Positions 36,901-50,014 of a stretch of 64,000 nt of DNA are shown piece after piece. A program made the translations under genes and the position numbers. Under the pieces are notes generated by a model that saw nothing but the letters and a program-made list of their open reading frames with translations, was not told the DNA's origin and searched no databases. Source of the stretch: Squalus acanthias (Eukaryota); NCBI GenBank assembly GCA_030390025.1, contig CM059432.1:105650001-105714000 (forward strand). The letters are read 5' to 3'. Position 1 is the stretch's first letter. The number at the start of each line of letters is the position of its first letter.

Positions 36901-38288
36901 GATCTGCTCCATTCCGCAGAGTGAGAACTTAGGAAGAATTAGCTTAAAATTCTAATTAAAGCGAACTCAATTCTTTCCAAGCTGATGACAAAGGAGGTGG
37001 GGCCGAGCGGAGGGCTTTCTCATGCCAGGAATTTGCTCAGTTCCCGTTTCCCTTCTTCCCAGCATTCGGGATGGCAGGAAAAATCCAGTGTATCAATCAG
37101 TTTAGGTACCAAAGTAGGTCATGACCTGGAAGACCCCAGAACTGCAAGAAAGAGTTCTTTAGATCAGTCCTCCTATAGGGTCAATCAGTGAGGAACACTA
37201 TTTTTGGGAGACCCACAAGCGGCCTCCCCAAATGGCCACCGAGAGCACCACATTTCCCAAACTCCCATGTCCAACAGGTACCCAAAATGTGTCCACCCTG
37301 GTGCGGGTACCTGCTGAACATATGTAACTACATTGACCATGGATACACCACTGGGGTCAGAACCTGCTCCAATGCACTTAAACCAATCGATTAAGGCCAA
37401 GGTTTTTTGTGTCTGTATGTTTAATATTTGTGTCCAAGAGTAATACCACACAAAATCAACTAGGGAAAAGGTGTATTAGTGACATCGTAAACATAGTGGA
37501 ATGATTTTCAATATTTCCAGCAAAATTGTAAAAATGTTATATAAGTGGAGTAAGCATACCAATTACTACTTTGATTAAAAGGTTCCTTGTACCAGCTCAA
37601 TCTATGCAACAGGTGATTAAACATTATCAAGCAAACATTTGGCACGCTCAAACTATGGTCCTGATGTTTGCTGCACACCAACAATGTGCTACAATATACA
37701 CTTCAAGAGCAACTCCAAAATGACTCCCTGCATTACCCTCCTGATTTTATTTTTAAGTTGACTGCCAGTTTCCTGTGTGTCCATTCAAGGCCATTTGGGT
37801 ACAGGGAGACTGGTAGTTCTACACTTGTGCCGTGTTTCCCAACATCATGATGCAGCTTCATGCGATGATGGGTGCAGGCAAAACGTGAGAACTGACAATG
37901 AGCTGGTCATGATACAAATAGCAGATCCACCAAAGACTCCTCATGACTAGCAGAGTGACAGTGGAGGTATTTATTCCAATGGTTGATGATGAGACCCATT
38001 ACTGTCAGCTGTATGGAGGTTGGGTCATTTGTGTTTGGAAGTCTGCAATTCACAGCACTCTATAACGGCATAACTGCCTTTACCTGCTGAGAAGTGCCTT
38101 TCCCTCCTAGAGGAAAATAACTTCGCCCTGCTTTGTACCTCTCCCTTTTGACAGTAGCAGGATTGGAAACCTACAATGCGAGCAACTGAGCATAAATACT
38201 CCTCCAGTCTAACTACCATAAGGCAGCATATTGGTAGTCATCAAAGCACCATCTCAGGATCAGGAGCATTTCTGACTGTCTTGTGATT

Positions 38289-41200
38289 ACAACAACAACA
38301 ACAACTTGTATTTATATAACGCCTTTAACGTAGTAAGACGTCCCAAGGTGCTTCACAGGAGTATTATAGGACAAAAAGTTTGACACCGAGCCACATAAGG
38401 AGGAATTAGGGCAGATGACGTCTCGGACCGTGTTTTCAGAATCCTCAAAGGGGAAGGGGAACAATCACAAGTCGTGGTACACATCGGTACCAACGACATA
38501 GGTAGGAGAAGGGACGGGGATTTAAAACAGGAATTTAGGGAGCTAGGTTGGAAGCTGAGAGCCAGTACAAACCATGTTGTAATTTCTGGTTTGTTGCCGG
38601 TGCCACGTGCTAGCGAGTTGAGGAACAGGGAGAGAGTGCAGATAAACACGTGGCTGCAGGGATGGTGTAGGGGGGAGGGTTTCAGTTATGTGGATAATTG
38701 GAGCACATTCTGGGGAAGGTGGGACCTGTACAAACAGGACGGTTTGCACCTGAACCAGAGGGGCACCAATATCCTGGGAGGGAAATTTGCTACGGCTCTT
38801 CGGGGGGGTTTAAACTAATTTGTCAGGGGGATGGGAAAAAGGGCTGTAGTCCACGAGCCAGTGGTGAGTGTAGGGAGGTACTGAGGAGGGTATCAAGGTC
38901 GCAGGAATGTACCGGCAGACAGGAAGATGGCTTGAAGTGTGTCTACTTCAATGCAAGGAGCATCCGGAATAAGGTAGGAGAACTTGGAGCGTGGATTGGT
39001 ACTTGGGACTACGATGTGGTGGCCATTACGGAGACATGGTTAGAACAGGGACAGGAATGGTTGTTGGAAGTTCCGGGGTATAGATGTTTCAGTAAGAGTA
39101 GGGAAGTTGGTAAGAAAGGTGGAGGAGTAGCATTGTTAATCAAGGATAGTTTAACAGCGGCAGAAAGGCAGTTCGAGGGGGATCTGCCGTCTGAGGTAAT
39201 ATGGGCTGAAGTTAGAAATAGGAAAGGAGCGGTCACGTTGTTAGGAGTTTTCTACAGGCCCCCAAATAGTAATAAAGATGTGGAGGAAGAAATTGCAAAG
39301 CAGATTATGAATAGGTGTGGAGGTCACAGAGTAGTTGTCATGGGTGACTTCAACTTTCCAAATATTGATTGGAACCTTTATAGGTCAAACAGTTCGGATG
39401 GGATAGTTTTTGCACAGTGTGTGCAGGAGGGTTTCCTGACACAATATGTGGATAGGCCGACAAGAGGTGGGGCCACGTTGGATTTGGTACTGGGTAATGA
39501 ACCGGGCCAAGTGTTTGATTTGTATGTGGGAGAGCACTTTGGAGATAGTGACCACAATTCGGTAACTTTCACTATTGCAATGGAGAGGGATAGGGCCATA
39601 CGGCAGGGCAGGGTTTATAATTGGGGGAGGGGTAATTATGATGCAAGAATTAGGGAGTATAAGATGGGAACAGAAACTATCAGGGAAAGGCACAAACGAA
39701 AAGTGGAGCTTTTTCATGGAGCAATTACTGCGTGTCCTTGATAGGTATGTCCCTGTCAGGCAGGGAGGAAATGGCCGAGTGAGAGAACCATGGTTCACAA
39801 AAGAGGTTGAATGTCTAGTCAAGAGGAAAAAGGAAGCGTATGTAAGGATGAGAAAACAAGGTTCAGTTGGGTCGATTGAGGGGTACAAGGTAGCAAGGAA
39901 TGAGCTAAAAAAAGTGCTTAGGAGAGCTAGGAGGGGGCATGAGAAGTCCTTGGCGGGTCGGATCAAGAAAAACCCCAAGGCTTTTTACTCTTATGTGAGA
40001 AATAAAAGAATGACCAGGGTGAGGGTAGGGCCGGTCAAGGACAGTAGTGGGAACTTGTGCATGGAGTCAGAAGAGATAGGAGAGGTGATGAATGAATACT
40101 TTTCGTCAGTGTTCACCGAGGAGAGGGGCCATGTTCTTGAGGATGAGAGTGTGATAAAGGTGGATAGGCTGGAGGTGGTAGATGTTCTGAGGGAAGATGT
40201 TTTAGCAATTTTGAAGAACCTGAGGGTCGATAAGTCCCCTGGGCCAGATGGGATATATCCTAGGATTCTTTGGGAGGCAAGGGAGGAGATTGCAGAGCCT
40301 CTGGCTTTGATCTTTGGGTCCTCACTGTCCACGGGAATGGTGCCAGAGGACTGGAGAGTGGCGAATGTTGTTCCTCTCTTCAAGAAAGGAAATAGGAATG
40401 ACCCTGGTAATTATAGGCCGGTTAGTCTTACTTCGGTGGTTGGTAAGATAATGGAAAAGGTCCTGAGGGATAGGATTTATGACCATTTGGAAAGGGGCAA
40501 CTTAATCAGGGATAGTCAACACGGATTCGTGAAGGGTAAGTCTTGCCTAACAAATTTGATTGAATTCTTTGAGGAGGTAACTAAGTGTGTAGATGAAGGT
40601 AGAGCAGTTGATGTCGTATACATGAATTTTAGTAAGGCGTTTGATAAGGTTCCCCATGGTCGTCTCATGAAGAAAGTAAGGAGTTGTGGGATAGAGGGAA
40701 ATTTGGCCGATTGGATAAGTAACTGGCTATCTCATAGAAGGCAGAGGGTGGTGGTGGATGGAACATTTTCGGACTGGAGACCAGTTACCAGCGGTGTGCC
40801 ACAGGGGTCGGTGCTGGGTCCTCTGCTGTTTGTGATTTTTATCAATGACTTGGAGGAGGGGACTGAAGGGTGGATCAGTAAATTTGCTGATGACACCAAG
40901 ATTGGTGGAGTAGTGGATGAGGTGGAGGGCAGTTGTAGGCTGCAAAGAGACATTGATAGGATGCAGAGCTGGGCCGAAAAATGGCAGATGGAATTTAACC
41001 CTGATAAGTGCGAGGTGATTCATTTTGGTAGGGCAAATTTGAATAAGGATTACAGGGTCAACGGCAGGGTTCTGAGGAACGTGGAGGAGCAGAGGGATCT
41101 GGGGGTTCATATCCACAGATCTCTGAAGGTTGCCACTCAAGTGGATAGAGCAGTAAAGAAGGCCTATGGTGTGTTGGCGTTTATTAACAGAGGGTTTGAG

Positions 41201-42213
41201 TTTAAGAACCGTGAGGTTATGCTGCAACTGTACAGGACCTTGGTGAGACCACATTTGGAATATTGTGTGCAGTTCTGGTCACCTCACTATAGGAAGGACG
41301 TGGAAGCATTGGAAAGAGTGCAAAGGAGATTTACCAGGATGCTGCCTGGTTTGGGGGGGAGGTCTTATGAGGAAAGATTGAGGGAGTTGGGGCTTTTCTC
41401 TTTAGAGCGGAGGAGGATGAGAGGCGACTTAATAGAGGTTTATAAGATGATGAGGGGGATAGATAGAGTGGATGTTCAGAGACTATTTCCTCGGGTAGAG
41501 GCAGCTGTTACAAGGGGGCATAACTATAAGGTGCATGGGGGGAGATATAGAAGGGATGTCCGAGGTAGATTCTTTACTCAGAGAGTGGTTGGGGTGTGGA
41601 ATGGACTGCCTGCTGTGACAGTGGAGTCGGACACTTTAGGAACTTTCAAGCGGTTATTGGATAAGCACATGGAGCACACCAGAGTGATAGGGAGTGTGAT
41701 AGCTTGATCTTGGTCTCGGACAATGCTCGGCACAACATCGAGGGCCGAAGGGGCTGTACTGTGCTGTACTGTTCTATGTTCTATGACCAAAAGCTTGGTC
41801 AAAGAGAGAGGTTTTAAGGAGTGTCTTAAAGGAGGAAAGAGAGGCGGAGAGGTTTGGGGAGAGAATTCCAGGTCTTAGGGCCTAGGCAACAGAAGGCACG
41901 GCCACCAATGTTTGAGCAATTATAATCAGGGATGTTCAAGAGGGCAGAATTAGAGGAGCATAGATATCTCAGGGGGTTGTGGGGATAGAGGAGATTACAG
42001 AGATAGGGAGGGGTGAGACCATGCAGGGATTTGAAAACAAGGATGAGAATTTTTAAATCGAGGCATTGCTTAACCAGGAGCCAATGTAGGTCAGCAAGCA
42101 CAGGGGTGATGGGCGAATGGGACTTGGTGCAAGTTAGGACATGGGCAGCCGAGTTTTGGATAACCTCAAGTTTACTTAGGGTAGAACATGGGAGGTCAGC
42201 CAGGAGTGCGTTG
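38289..42213 (-). mobile_element. L2 LINE 3' end (pieces 38289-38419 and 41788-42213) split by CR1 copy G
   Basis: LADLHWL.VKQ.LD.KILILVFKSLHGL.PPYL...GGRAF...GPKTWNSLP is a typical L2 C-terminus. (TTG)n tail. Confidence 0.8.
38420..41782 (+). mobile_element. CR1 LINE copy G (5'-truncated in ORF1; ORF2 with one frameshift near 39645)
   Basis: ORF1 esterase end 38474-38818, APE in ORF 38698-39741, RT in ORF 39575-41707 with FADD. TSD ATGAC (38415-38419, 41783-41787). Confidence 0.93.
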
Positions 42214-42740
42214 GGTACAACCCATTCACATTGCTTTCAAAATCAAGGGAAGCATATAAAAAGGGGGCAGTAGCAAAGCAATAAGAGAGACCAACCTCTG
42301 ACTGGCAGTCAAATTTGACAGCAGAGTTAGCTTCTTTCTAACACTACCAACTTAAATACAGTATAACAAGTATAGGAAACTCCTTGGTATCCGGCACCGA
42401 CGGGACCGGGGTGGTGCCGGTTGAATAAAAATTCCGGATGACGGAGAGGGTTATCTACCGAGGCTATTTTTAACAAACAAAAATAAAAATAATCAAGAAA
42501 TGTGCAGTATACAGTAATTGGGTACTCACCTACAGAATGTTGTGTTAAATGGATGGTGGAAGATGCTTGATTAAGTACAGTACTGCCAGTTGAGGGTAAT
42601 CCATAACTCTTTAATTACTTAACAGTAAAACAAAACTTATAAATGACTGTATACAGTACTGTAGTTGACTGTACACTTATTCCGAGTCATCTGGTTCATC
42701 AGGAATATCCATGCCAGCTGAGTCATCAGGATCATGCAGT

Positions 42741-45315
42741 TCAACATTCTTCAGGCACTTCCGCTGCTTCGACTCTTTTGGAAGCTTTCTTAAACATGTC
42801 CCGGATGTCTGCTTGCTTAGTGGACTCTTGGGGGTAAAAATTAGGTCGCGCCCCATTTGGGGCGCAAATATCGTCTGGACGCAAATATTAGCGCCTGGCG
42901 CTAATTATCGGCACTGACTGGAAACTTCACTTTTACCGCCCCAGGAGGTGAGTGGAGCGCTAAATATGGCGCTGCACACCTGTCTTAAGGCGCAAAGGCC
43001 AAGGAGTGAGGCGCTACCTCAGAGCGCTGGCGAAGCTCATGTAATGTCAGCCAGCAATGGAACACACATACAATGGCACGGGCCAGTTCTTAAAGGGGAT
43101 GGTTAATCTTGCTTTCCATCCACATCCTGTTCATTGCAGCCTTGAATCTCAGCCTGGAGAGACTTGCACATCAAATGTGCTGGAAAGAACAATGGAGAGT
43201 ACCAGGCAAAGAGCTCAGAGTGCAGCTCCCACAGTCTCTGCTAAATCGATACAAGGAATGGCAAATCAAAATGAACCTGCAAAGTGCTGCTCAGTACCCA
43301 AAACTCCTTCACACAACGTTGAATCTCTCCAGAAGTCTCTCCCTCTCTCTCTCAGAATGCGTAGTTCAAAAATGCCACCAACAATAAAAGACAGGAAGAG
43401 GCCCCCTTTAAATAGCGCCCCCCCCAGCCCCACAGCGATTGATAGCGTTCCAGTCTTCTGGTCGTTGGATGCGCCAGGCGGTAAGGCAGGGGGCGCCACT
43501 CAATTTCCGCTCCGGGGCGCCACAAGGGCGTTGCACCATGGAATGACGTCACAATCTGCGCGCGCAGGTGGTCGCAGCGGTAAGTTTTAGCGCCGCCGCA
43601 CAATGTCAAGTTAAGTTCCCGAGCGGCGCAAACATCGCTGCGCCCGGGCGTTAGCGGCTTTGCGCCCCATTAGCGCCCTCTTAAGGCGCTAACGGGAGGC
43701 GCAACCAACTGAATTTTTACCCCTTGCTTTTTCTGTAGAAAGGTGGAATGCAGAATATGGAGGTGCATAACTTCTTGGGCAGAGTAGTAAGGCTGCCTTT
43801 CAGCAAATTGGAGGATGTAAGCAAATCCTTCTGCAGCTTTAGCTCAAGAAATCTTCTCTTCAGAAATCTCATCCTCTTCACTTTCCATCTCACTTTCCTT
43901 TTCTTTCTTTGGATTCAAAACATTCTCAATTATTTCATCATCACTTAGCATATGCACAACACCAACTTCTCTATCTGCATCAACCCACTGCTCGATATCA
44001 CTTTCACTGAGGTGACGTAGAGGGTTTACTGGGCCTACATTTTTCACCATGCCAGCCATTTCCATTATTGTACTCTTCTTGGGACAAACACTGAACCCAT
44101 GAAATTCCTCCTCTGAAGAAGAACCTTCAGCAAACATTACAAAAGGCCACAATTTGCGCCAGGCTTGCCTCAGAGTGTGACCTTTCACCAAGTTCCAGGA
44201 ACATGCAACATTATAGATGGCATCTTTAAGATTGTATTCCTTCTGAAATGCGTGAATATTGTCATCTTGGTTTATCAGTTTACGTAGGAAGTCTTTCTTG
44301 TAATGACACTTCAGATTTTGGATAACGCCCTGGTCCATGGGTTGTATGAGAGAAGTTACATTTGGTGGCAAATAAATGGTGAAAATATTTCCCGATACCA
44401 ACTTGGATTCATGCAGATGGGCTCTACAATTATCAAGCAATAAAATGCATTTGCTATCTTCAGGTTTACGGAAATGTTCCCTCACAGATGGAACAAAAAT
44501 ATGATGGAACCAATACGACAAGATTTCCTTATCCATCCAAGCATTTTTTTGAGCTTTGTACTCAACAGGTAAGTGCCTCACATTTTTAAATGCACGGGGA
44601 TTTTTATACTTCCCGATAACAAGAAGTTTAACCCGGTGTGATCCAGCAGCATTCGCACATGTTAGCACGGTTACACGATCTTTATTTTTCTTGTAACCTG
44701 AAGCATTAGCCTCACTAGCCCCAGCAAGCGTTGATTCTGACAAAAACCTCCAAAATAAGCCAGTTTCATCGGCATTGTAGATCTGTGCTGGCGACAAATC
44801 ATGTTGCTGCACAATCCGATTGAAATAATCGCAGTATTCTTCTGCGGCGTCGTGATCAGCTGATTTCTTCTCCCCGGAAATATCGAGTCGTCGTATCCCA
44901 TGCCGTAACTTGAAGCACGTTAGCCATCCCTCGGGGAAAGCACACTTGTCAGTGAGCTCCATCCTTACGTAGAAATCCTTCGCTTTCTCGATTAGCATGG
45001 GTCCGGAAAGTGGAACACCCTCTGAACGCTTAGAGAAAACCACTCATAAAGCACGATATCCAGCTCTTCAAGCTTAGGCTTACGAAGCGTACGCCGTTTC
45101 TCTACACTCTTAGATGTCTCCGAGCTTGAATAAAACTTAAGCAGCTTATCCTTCTGCGATTTGATGTCGTAGATTGTTGACGAACCGATTTTGAATTTAT
45201 TCATAATGTTGATACGCTTCTCTCCCCTTTCTAGTCGTTGGCATATCTCGATTTTCTGTTTTAAAGTTAACACCACTCTCTTCCTTTTGCTTGGACCAAC
45301 TTTTGGGAATTCCAT
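42741..45315 (-). pseudogene. Tigger/Jerky-like transposase (psq HTH, CENP-B HTH, DDE_1), disrupted
   Basis: [54 protein letters not shown]. Frameshift near 45035, stop at 43844-43846, and a MITE insertion. Confidence 0.9.
42831..43723. mobile_element. Non-autonomous Harbinger element (893 bp) inserted in the Tigger transposase
   Basis: Perfect 12-bp TIR GGGGTAAAAATT, 3-bp TSD TTG (42828-42830, 43724-43726), many subterminal GGCGC/GCGCC motifs. Confidence 0.9.
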
Positions 45316-46019
45316 AATGCAAGATGGGGGAGATAATTCACGATAAAGATGGAGAGACACACAGAAAAATGGTGGATCGGAAGAGACTACCAGCAGCGCG
45401 GGAGACACTCAGTAAAATGGCGGATCAGAAGAGACTACCGGCAGCGCGGGAGAATCAGACTCCTGTTATTGCAGTGTTCGGACTTCCGACAGCACCAGGA
45501 AGCCGAGTAGTGGCACTTTGGAGAACTACCCCCACTGACTAACTCGGCGTTCGCGGGAGACTCGGACTCGGCAACATTGCCGGTTATTGAGGAGTTGTTT
45601 TCGGAGTATGAATTTTGCCGGTTAATAGAGAATTCCGGATATTTAGGTGCCGTTTAAACGAGAGTTTCCTGTAGTATGAATACTTTTAAAGTGTACATTT
45701 AAGTTTGAAAAGCCAGCTCCATACCAGTGCTGTTAATACCAAACAATCAATTTTTCAAAAACTGTCAGAATTATACTGGATTGTCATAACACAAAAAAAT
45801 CACATTACAGTATAATTGGAAGATAATTCTATTTTGTAATGGAGTTAGAAATGCACAGAAATCATGTTTGGAGATATCTTATTGTGAAAACTATACATGC
45901 ATTTTAAAAGTAGGAGCAATGCTTGTGCTAAAGGGATGCACTGTTTAAACAGTAGAAACCTGGAAAGAAAAGGGAACCTTTGAATTAGCAAAACTGATGA
46001 TTATTTTCTGTTTTGAAAG

Positions 46020-46091
46020 GTGAGCAAGGTGAAACGGGTGACTCCGGTGAACCTGGGAAAACAGGAAAACTAGGTCCAACTGGACCAAAAG
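46020..46091 (+). CDS. COLEC10: Collectin collagen-domain exon (72 bp, phase 1-1)
   Basis: ttttgaaag|...|gtatgg boundaries. Encodes GEQGETGDSGEPGKTGKLGPTGPK(G), an unbroken Gly-X-Y run. 72-bp exons are typical of COLEC10/11. Confidence 0.9.
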
Positions 46092-46232
46092 GTATGGTGC
46101 ACTGTAATCAAAAATATATTATAGTTATAATCTGCAGGGACATTTTAACTTGTCGTTACTATTATCTCTAGTATCTGCTGGTCAAGAACCACATGGTGGT
46201 AATATTGCAGAACAGTAACTATTCATAGGCAT

Positions 46233-46798
46233 GATGTGGAGATGCCGGCGTTGGACTGGGGTGGACAAAAATGAGAAGTCGCACAACACCAGGTTATAGT
46301 CCAACAGATTTATTTAAAATTACAAGCTTTCGGAGCTGTCGCTCCTTCTTCAGGTAGGGTAGCTGTGAGAGAATCTCCCAGAATTCACAATATAAACACA
46401 GAAAAAATGTATTCAAATCTTTCCCTACATCAAAGACACACTAAGAGCACAGCCAAGACAATGAGATGTGTCCCAGGGGGTCCAACGTGTCAAAACACCT
46501 GCTGGCTGCATATCCTCTCCATTTGTGTTTGGTTCTTGTGTTAGTTTTTTTTTTAAACCTGGAAAGACCGGCCATGATGTCAAGTCACGTTCTGTATCGT
46601 GACATGAACCCGATATCGCGATTGAGGCCATCCTCATGAGTGCGGAACTTGGCTATCAGTTTCTGCTCTATGATTTTGCGCTGTCGTGTATCCCGAAGGC
46701 CGCCTTGGAGAACGCTTACCCGCAGATCCAAGGCTGAATGCCCCTGACTGCTGAAGTGTTCCCCGACTGGGAGGCAACCCTCCTGCCTGGCAGTTGAT
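46233..46798 (-). mobile_element. Penelope-like retroelement 3' fragment (GIY-YIG C-terminus, 3' UTR, hammerhead motif)
   Basis: 46798->46585 reads ...LPVGEHFSSQGHSALDLRVSVLQGGLRDTRQRKIIEQKLIAKFRTHEDGLNRDIGFMSRYRT*, followed downstream by a hammerhead core and AATAAA. Confidence 0.85.
46321..46356 (-). ncRNA. Minimal type I hammerhead ribozyme motif
   Basis: UAC-CUGAAGA-A-GGAGC(GACA)GCUCC-GAAA-GC-UU^GUA. Confidence 0.8.
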
Positions 46799-48867
46799 TT
46801 CCAGTGCGTTCAGGTTCCAGCTAGCCCTCTTGGTGCTCTCTTTCCCTGACTGTAACTTTCAATGGGACATTGTCTTCCCTACCTGCGGTTGATCTACCTC
46901 CATTCTCAGGTTTGTGTCTCTCTCCCTGGTTCCCACTCCTTTGGTCTCTCTTTCTGCTTTGCTATTACCCCGCTTTTCATACTTTCTTTTGCTGTGTCTG
47001 TAATTTCCTCTGCATTCACTTTCCTACCTAAAATTTGGGGCAGATTTTCTCCCAGGTTATGTTGAGCAACCATTTTACATGATATGAATTTCCCCCAACC
47101 AGCTGATTAGCACCATCTTCCATGGTATAGCAACTGTTTTTATAATGCCAGGAAACCAGTGTAACCAGTGCAGGGGGAGGGGGTGCAAAATAGGGCAGAA
47201 ACCCTTATGCTATACTTCCTGTCATTTGCGCCCTAGCGATGCTGGGTGAAAGGGATACTTCTGCACTCCTGGCATCCAGTATGCCAGGGTTCGGGGAGTT
47301 AAATTTTAAATGGCTGGTTGCAGCAATGCAATTGATCACAGAGACAGTGCAGTGATTTTCTTTCTCCCCTCCCCCCAAACCCTCTGCCTCTCCAGCCAAG
47401 GCAGACATCTCATCTACGTCACTAATGGTGTTGACGCAAAGGCAAAATATTTAAATGTCCTCATTCCTGAGATATAGACCAGGGTCAGGGGCACTGGTAC
47501 AGGGTGGGAGGAAGTCCTGCCACACGCAATATCAGCCTCCAGCATAGCTGAGCAATTTCAGTCCTTTTCTGTTCATTGTTTGTTCAAAATTACTTTTTGC
47601 ATGTTAGAAGATGTGCTTGTTTGCTCAGTCCTCCTGTACTCCTTGCTTCCCACTAAATGCCTATAAACTCACTTACTCGTTCCAAAGTCAGATTTGTTTT
47701 TACACAGGCCACAAATGTTATTGAGGAGGTAAACAAAGGAAGAGCCAGCTGTACTCTATAGGACTTAACTGAACAGAACATTTACTGTTTTACTGCCAGA
47801 TCAAATTCACTCTGATTTCACCATCAAGTACTCCTACATTTAGTGTTGCATGAGTTAGTACAGGGTAAGGTTGCTTGGATACTGACTCCTACTAAGTACC
47901 TTAACTCTTTCCCTCTCCTAATGAGCACTACCTACTGCACCAGTTCTGATACTAGTCATGCTGCCTAAGTAAGATTGACAATTAGTATGCATGCCCAATA
48001 GGAACCAGCTGATACTGTCTGAAACTCATTTCACTTAGGAACTTTATAGTTAACAGAGAAAGGTAACTTCAATTCCATCAATCTGGATAACTTTTAATTC
48101 TGTTCTGTGGGTGAATGGTCAGTGTGCTGACAGTTCACCGGGACTCTCAACACTGAAGGCCATAAGGCTCTTCGGAGATTTGAGTTAAGGTACTTCGCTG
48201 TGGCAGAGCAGAGGAAGTTTTACTCTGCATCTAGCACTGCTGACCTGACCTGGGAGTACTTCATGTTAATGTTAGAGAGGTAATTTTCCAACTTCATGGT
48301 GGTGGCCAGGATGCTCGCCTGCCAGTGACACTTATTTGGGCACGCACTATACACGATTTTCCAAACATTAGATGAAATGGTTGGAAAATTGTGCATGAAC
48401 AAATTTCCAACAAGTGCTTCTGATGAGTGAGCATCTCAACTGCATGAAGTGAGAATATCACCCCTTAGACACCATTTCCCAGCAGTGACATGCTCATCTT
48501 GATAAGCACATAAATTTACCACCACTTCACTGGCAAAAGAAAAGTGAAACAGCTGGGAAAAATTGTAAACTTCAGTAAATCCTAAAGCTAGTTTCATCGT
48601 TCTGTTCCTTATTCCCGTAAATGAAACCAATTCCAGTACAGTACTGATGTGTAAACACACAAAGCTATTCTTTATTGACCAGAGTGAGCATAAATTACCT
48701 TTGATACTCATTTAACTGGAATTCACTGAACATGATAGTGAAAGAGAATTTATTTCTGAAACAAAATGTTTCCTATTAATGATTACCAGCATTAGTATAA
48801 TAGACAAACAGGATGTCCTGTGGGTGGTCAGTAAATTAAACTCAAAGAAATGTGATCTTTTTAACTC

Positions 48868-49330
48868 AGCAGTGTCAGACATGACTCAGTTGGTAGCACT
48901 CTTGCCTCTGAGCCAGAAGGTCATAGTTCACCTCCCACTCCAGGGACTTGAGCTAAGCTGACACTCCAGTACAGTACTGAGGGAGTACTGCACTGTCGGA
49001 GGTGACATCTTGTGGATGAGAGGTTAAACCGAAGCCCTGTCTGCGCTCTTAGGTGGATGTAAAAGATCCCATGGCACTATTTTGAAGATGAGCGGGGGAG
49101 TTCTCCCCAGTGGTCTGGCCAATATTTATCACTCACCCAACATCTAAAACAGAGTATCTGGTCATTTCTCTCATTGCTGTTTGTGGGACCTTGCTGTTCA
49201 CAGATTGGCTGCCATGTTTCCTACATTACAACAGTGACTACACTTAATAAAGTACTACATTGGCTGTAAAGCACTTTGGGATGTCCTGAGGTTGTGAAAA
49301 ATGCTATAGGAATGCAAGTCTTTCTTTCTT
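48868..49330 (+). mobile_element. tRNA-derived SINE (DeuSINE-like), near full length
   Basis: Head TGACTCAGTTGGTAGCACTC (A-box-like), conserved body shared with two other copies, (TTTC)n tail. Confidence 0.8.
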
Positions 49331-50014
49331 ATATGTTGTTGTGACCTTTTGTGATAGCCAAGCTGAGATACTAGTAAGGAACCACCAATAAATCCAAAGG
49401 AACACACTGATTTCTACTGATGTTTATTAATTATATGAATATTACACCACACTTTTTAACTGAAATTGCTTTTTGGGTCCAGAACTAGTGATAATGTTGG
49501 TATAAGTCTTATATTGTAAAGTGAGCACTCAAATGTTAAGGTTTACATCTTAGAACTTGAGCTTAAGGTAATCACTGTCTAGAGCCTAGAATCTACAAAG
49601 TGGGCTCTGTTCCCAACTCTAGTAACTGGAATATCAATGTTATATATAGTCAAGGAAGGCTAGTGACACAAATACCAAATTCAGGGCATTCAGGGCAGGA
49701 CAGTTAGTCTTAACATATACAGGCTGGTTCACTATCCATTTCATTCTCTTTCCCCTGTTGCTTTGGGACACTTTTTCTACATGAAAGGTGCTATATAAAT
49801 GCAAGTAAGTTTTTGTTATATGTTTAGGTCCTTTTTCCGCTTGCATTTTCTCAACATCACAGTAATGGGTAATGTCCTTAAACTAATCAAATGACACAGA
49901 GGTAATGCTGTGTTAGTTGGAGTTAGGCGTTGTACAGATTCCCTACAGATGAAAAAACAGACAAACAAACATAAGATGGAGGATTACAGACATTTTGCAA
50001 ATACAGTCTTAACA

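Larger units (their letters stand above)
42373..45671 (-). mobile_element. Tigger/pogo (Tc1-mariner superfamily) DNA transposon
   Basis: TIRs (T/C)AGGAAACTC...CGGCACC at both ends, each flanked by TA (42371-42372, 45672-45673). Confidence 0.88.

Noticed and set aside
43057..43590. 177-aa ORF inside the 893-bp Harbinger element
   Set aside because: No motif I can recognise, and it runs through GC-rich subterminal repeats.
43844..45315. Domesticated TIGD/JRK host gene
   Set aside because: It is flanked by TIRs with TA duplication and disrupted by a frameshift, a stop and a MITE insertion.
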